Of a stretch of 64,000 nt of DNA, positions 61,101 through 64,000 are shown one piece after another. Numbering within the stretch: position 1 is the first letter of the stretch; each line of letters starts with the position of its first letter. Below the pieces are notes generated by a model that had not been told where the DNA came from, searched no databases, and saw only the letters and a list, made by a program, of their open reading frames with translations. Position numbers and translations under genes: made by a program. This DNA comes from Yuukianura sp. NJ FZ-2021. Lineage: Eukaryota. Location: positions 1,798,001-1,862,000 of the forward strand of contig CM102287.1 in the NCBI GenBank assembly GCA_046563655.1. Direction: 5' to 3'.

Positions 61101-64000
61101 AACCCGATGACCGGAACATCTTCTTTACCAGTCCAACCGATCACTACGCTCAACGCCCAATTGCATTAGAGTCCCTGAATCTGGCTCAATTCTCGGCTTG
61201 GTTTGAATATTCTAAAACTTTGAGGCGACAACTTGTTGTACCAGACGAAGAAAATGGGGCACCTGCTGAAGAAGAAACGGGAACTGAAGTTTACAAATTG
61301 CGAGACGGTTCTGGATACGTACGAAAGAGGAAATTTGCAAAAGTCATTCGCTTCGTGCGTTACAACAAAGAAAAAGATCCAGACAACTTTTTCCGGGAAC
61401 TCTTGATGTTGTATAAGCCATGGAGAAACGAAGAGCATGAGTGTGGGGAAAATACGGACTGTCGAAAAATTCTAGCTGAAAATATTGACTTGATCACCAG
61501 AAGCAGAAAAGAATTTAATTTCTTTGAAGATTGTATTCTTGACATTGCGATGGAGGAAGTTCTCGCTAGGCCACCGGAGAATGAAGATGACTTGGATGAA
61601 AATCAGCCTTCGGCCGAAGACCTGCGCGAGTATCGTCTGGAAGATTCTTCAGGCACTAACGCAGTTGACTTTGGAAGCTACGAAAGACGACCATTTGCTG
61701 AAACTTTCAAGAATCCACAGTTGACTTCCAATGATGAGTACTGGGCGCTACTTGCATCTTTGAACGACGAACAAAGGGATTTGGTGTATCATACTTTTGA
61801 TCAAGTGAAGCGGCATGACAATATACAATTTCAGATCTACTTGAAAGGAGGAGCGGGTGTCGGAAAATCCCATGTTATAAAGACATTGCATCAGGGGCTC
61901 GTCAGAATTTTCAACTCTGATGTCAATCGTAATCCGGACAAAATCTGTGTATTACTGGTGGCACCCACTGGAAAAGCGGCCTTCAACATTGGAGGCTCCA
62001 CTCTTCACACTGCATTTCAGTTACCTGTTAACCAACGTGAAGCTGGCACCCTTTCGGCCGATGTTTCAAATACGATGGCTGCAACTTACTCGGAACTGAA
62101 GGTCTCACATTCTTTCATATATTTTATGTTCTTAGCTTAATCTAACTTAACATGCTGATTTTCAGATCGTTATATGCGACGAAATTAGCATGGTGGGCGA
62201 ACATTTGTTGGAACAAGTGGACAAGCGCTTACGTGATCTATTTACTTCAAGCGCACCTTTTGGGGGAATCTCTTTCATTGCCGTTGGTGACTTCTACCAG
62301 CTACCACCAGTTCTGGCTGTCCCGTTGACGCATGGCACGATGAGCAACTCCATTTCATCTTTATTCCATCGGCCTCTTTGGAACCACTTTCTTGTGCACG
62401 AGTTGACCACAATCATGCGCCAAAGCGAAGATATCGCCTTTGCTGTGGCCCTCAATAACATGGCCAGGGGAGTGATGACTGATTCAGATAAGGAACTGAT
62501 GCGAAGGCGGTGCTTCGACACCCTGCCAACGGAAGTGGCGGAACTGAGACCTATCCACTTCTTCCAGACCAATGCTGCAGTGACCGCGTTCAACGAAATG
62601 TTCCTTCAGCAGATGCCAGGAGAACTGATCCTCAGCAGAGCTACCGATAGTGTTCGTGGTGATCTCCCTCAGACGTCAAGAGTCCGACTTCTGCAACGGT
62701 TTCAAACGAAACCGCTGAACGAAACAATGGGCCTTCCCATGGAACTTCAATTGAAAATTAACGCTCGTTATATGATGACCAACAACGTCGATTGTGCGGA
62801 CGGATTAGTAAATGGTGTAACTGGTATATTACGAAGAATCGATCTTGGTGTGGCGATAAACGACCGTATTCCACTGCGACTATGGATAGAATTTGAAGAC
62901 GCACGCAGTGGCCAGCAATTACGTTGCCGGTACCAATCAATTGCAGACAATTTGGGCGTTGAGTCAACTTGGACGCCAGTGGAGCTACTCACACAAGAGA
63001 TACATCAAAAGAATGCCAGCATAAAAATCACACGGAAGCAGTTTCCACTTGTTCCTGCAGAAGCAATCACCATTCATAAGAGCCAAGGAATCACGTGTCA
63101 AGCGTAAGTATATAATAAGTATTCCAATTTATTTTACAATTTAAGCATTCCAATTTATATTGTGCAGTGCTGTACTCCATATTGATCGTACTCGCCACAT
63201 TTCTCGAGCTTTGATCTACGTCGGCTGTTCTCGACCTACGAAAGCCAGTGGCCTTTACATTATGGGGGACTTCAGGCCTCCTAAACCAATTTCACCGACA
63301 AGTCCTCTCGCCTTGGAAATGGCTCGTCACGAAACCATGAAGCTGGTCCCAGTATTTCAATCGCTTCACAAAAGGGATGATGGTTTAATCCAGTTCCTTT
63401 ACCACAACGTCCAGTCATTGCCAAAGCATTCCGCAATTTATTCTTCGGATGCAAGTTACAAAATGAGCGACATTCTTCTCTTTGGTGAAACATGGACTCT
63501 GCCGGAAGACAATGTCACAATTGGAGATCATGTGAAAATCTGCAGTGTCGATTGTGTGACAGAAAGGCGACCACTCGGAGCCAGAATTTATTTGCGGCAG
63601 CATTTGACAAATCGCATCCTGAGTACTACTACTAGATTTGTCGAAGATGAGCATGGAAGTTGCAGCTGTGTAGCCATGAATTTTGCTGGAACAAACGTAA
63701 TTGGAATTTACATCAGCCCACGTTTTCGTTGGTGTCTCTTTACCTCCATAATTTCATCTCTAATCAACTCCCTTGGTGGCTCAAGGACGATCGTCGCCGG
63801 AGACTTCAACGTTAATTTCAATCTCATTGCTTCAGCTGAACGCAAGTCGATGTTGGATCTTGGACTACAACTTCGTTCTACTGACTTGCCTACGACAAAG
63901 TTCGGTACCCAAATCGACGCGGTCTTTGCTTCATTTGAATTAGATGCGATTGGATTGTACACGTCCGCGACATCTATCCACGAGCCAATTTGGGGAAGGT
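58144..64000 (+). CDS. Rep (HUH-Y2) / PIF1-like helicase / AP-endonuclease polyprotein; spliced, one frameshift, incomplete at the window end
   Basis: Introns 59081-59143, 62102-62165 and 63104-63167. Rep motifs LFVTISAAE, EFQHRGSPHVHAMFW, YIVDYINK. Helicase motifs GGAGVGKS, DEISM, GDFYQLPPV, TIHKSQG, YVGCSR. Endonuclease motifs HNVQSL, GETW, AGDFN, QIDAVF. Frameshift near 60905-60915. Confidence 0.92.
58286..58700 (+). repeat. 63-bp coding tandem repeat (21 aa, EQVRNSDAHRNARLDDDRR[Q/R]Q), about 6.5 copies
   Basis: Seen directly in the sequence and in ORF 58072..59121. Confidence 0.95.

Larger units (their letters stand above)
56848..64000 (+). mobile_element. Helentron (endonuclease-encoding Helitron), 3' end outside the window
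   Basis: 5' TAGTCGTCT...AGAAGACTA inverted repeat with inner hairpin GCATGTC-TAC-GACATGC and (GTCC)n. Inserted in the T-run of the satellite. RepHel-EN gene downstream. Confidence 0.92.

Noticed and set aside
40582..63962. Short ORFs antisense or out of frame to the Gypsy pol, LINE ORF2 and Helentron RepHel
   Set aside because: They are shadows of well-supported coding frames.

Overview
This is eukaryotic DNA, probably from an invertebrate: it has short GT-AG introns of about 60-90 nt and animal-type transposon families. The species cannot be named from the sequence. About 40 kb is a head-to-tail 508-bp satellite array (about 74 monomers at 1538-38965, plus remnants at 1-200, 51569-52588 and 55740-56848). 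Four insertions interrupt it: (1) a 1.3-kb non-coding TIR element; (2) a 12.6-kb element with 58-bp AGT...ACT terminal inverted repeats and a 6-bp target-site duplication (Maverick/Polinton-type ends) but no transposase, polymerase or capsid gene; (3) a 5'-truncated CR1/L2-type LINE with a MITE in its 3' stem-loop; (4) a Helentron (Rep/PIF1 helicase/AP-endonuclease) that runs off the window end. The main result comes from manual splicing of the 12.6-kb element. It carries two minus-strand, intron-containing ubiquitin-pathway genes that the ORF track misses: an intact six-exon RING-H2/coiled-coil/Gly-Ala-repeat/AT-hook gene and a small F-box gene. The first F-box intron appears to hold an inverted, diverged relative of the same element (third TIR copy plus a deleted AT-hook paralog), along with a Gypsy remnant, a foldback MITE and a HINE. 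This element and the LINE inserted at the same position (within 1 bp) of the satellite monomer, next to a motif resembling the element's own end. All family and domain calls are from motif recognition by eye; no database searches were run.
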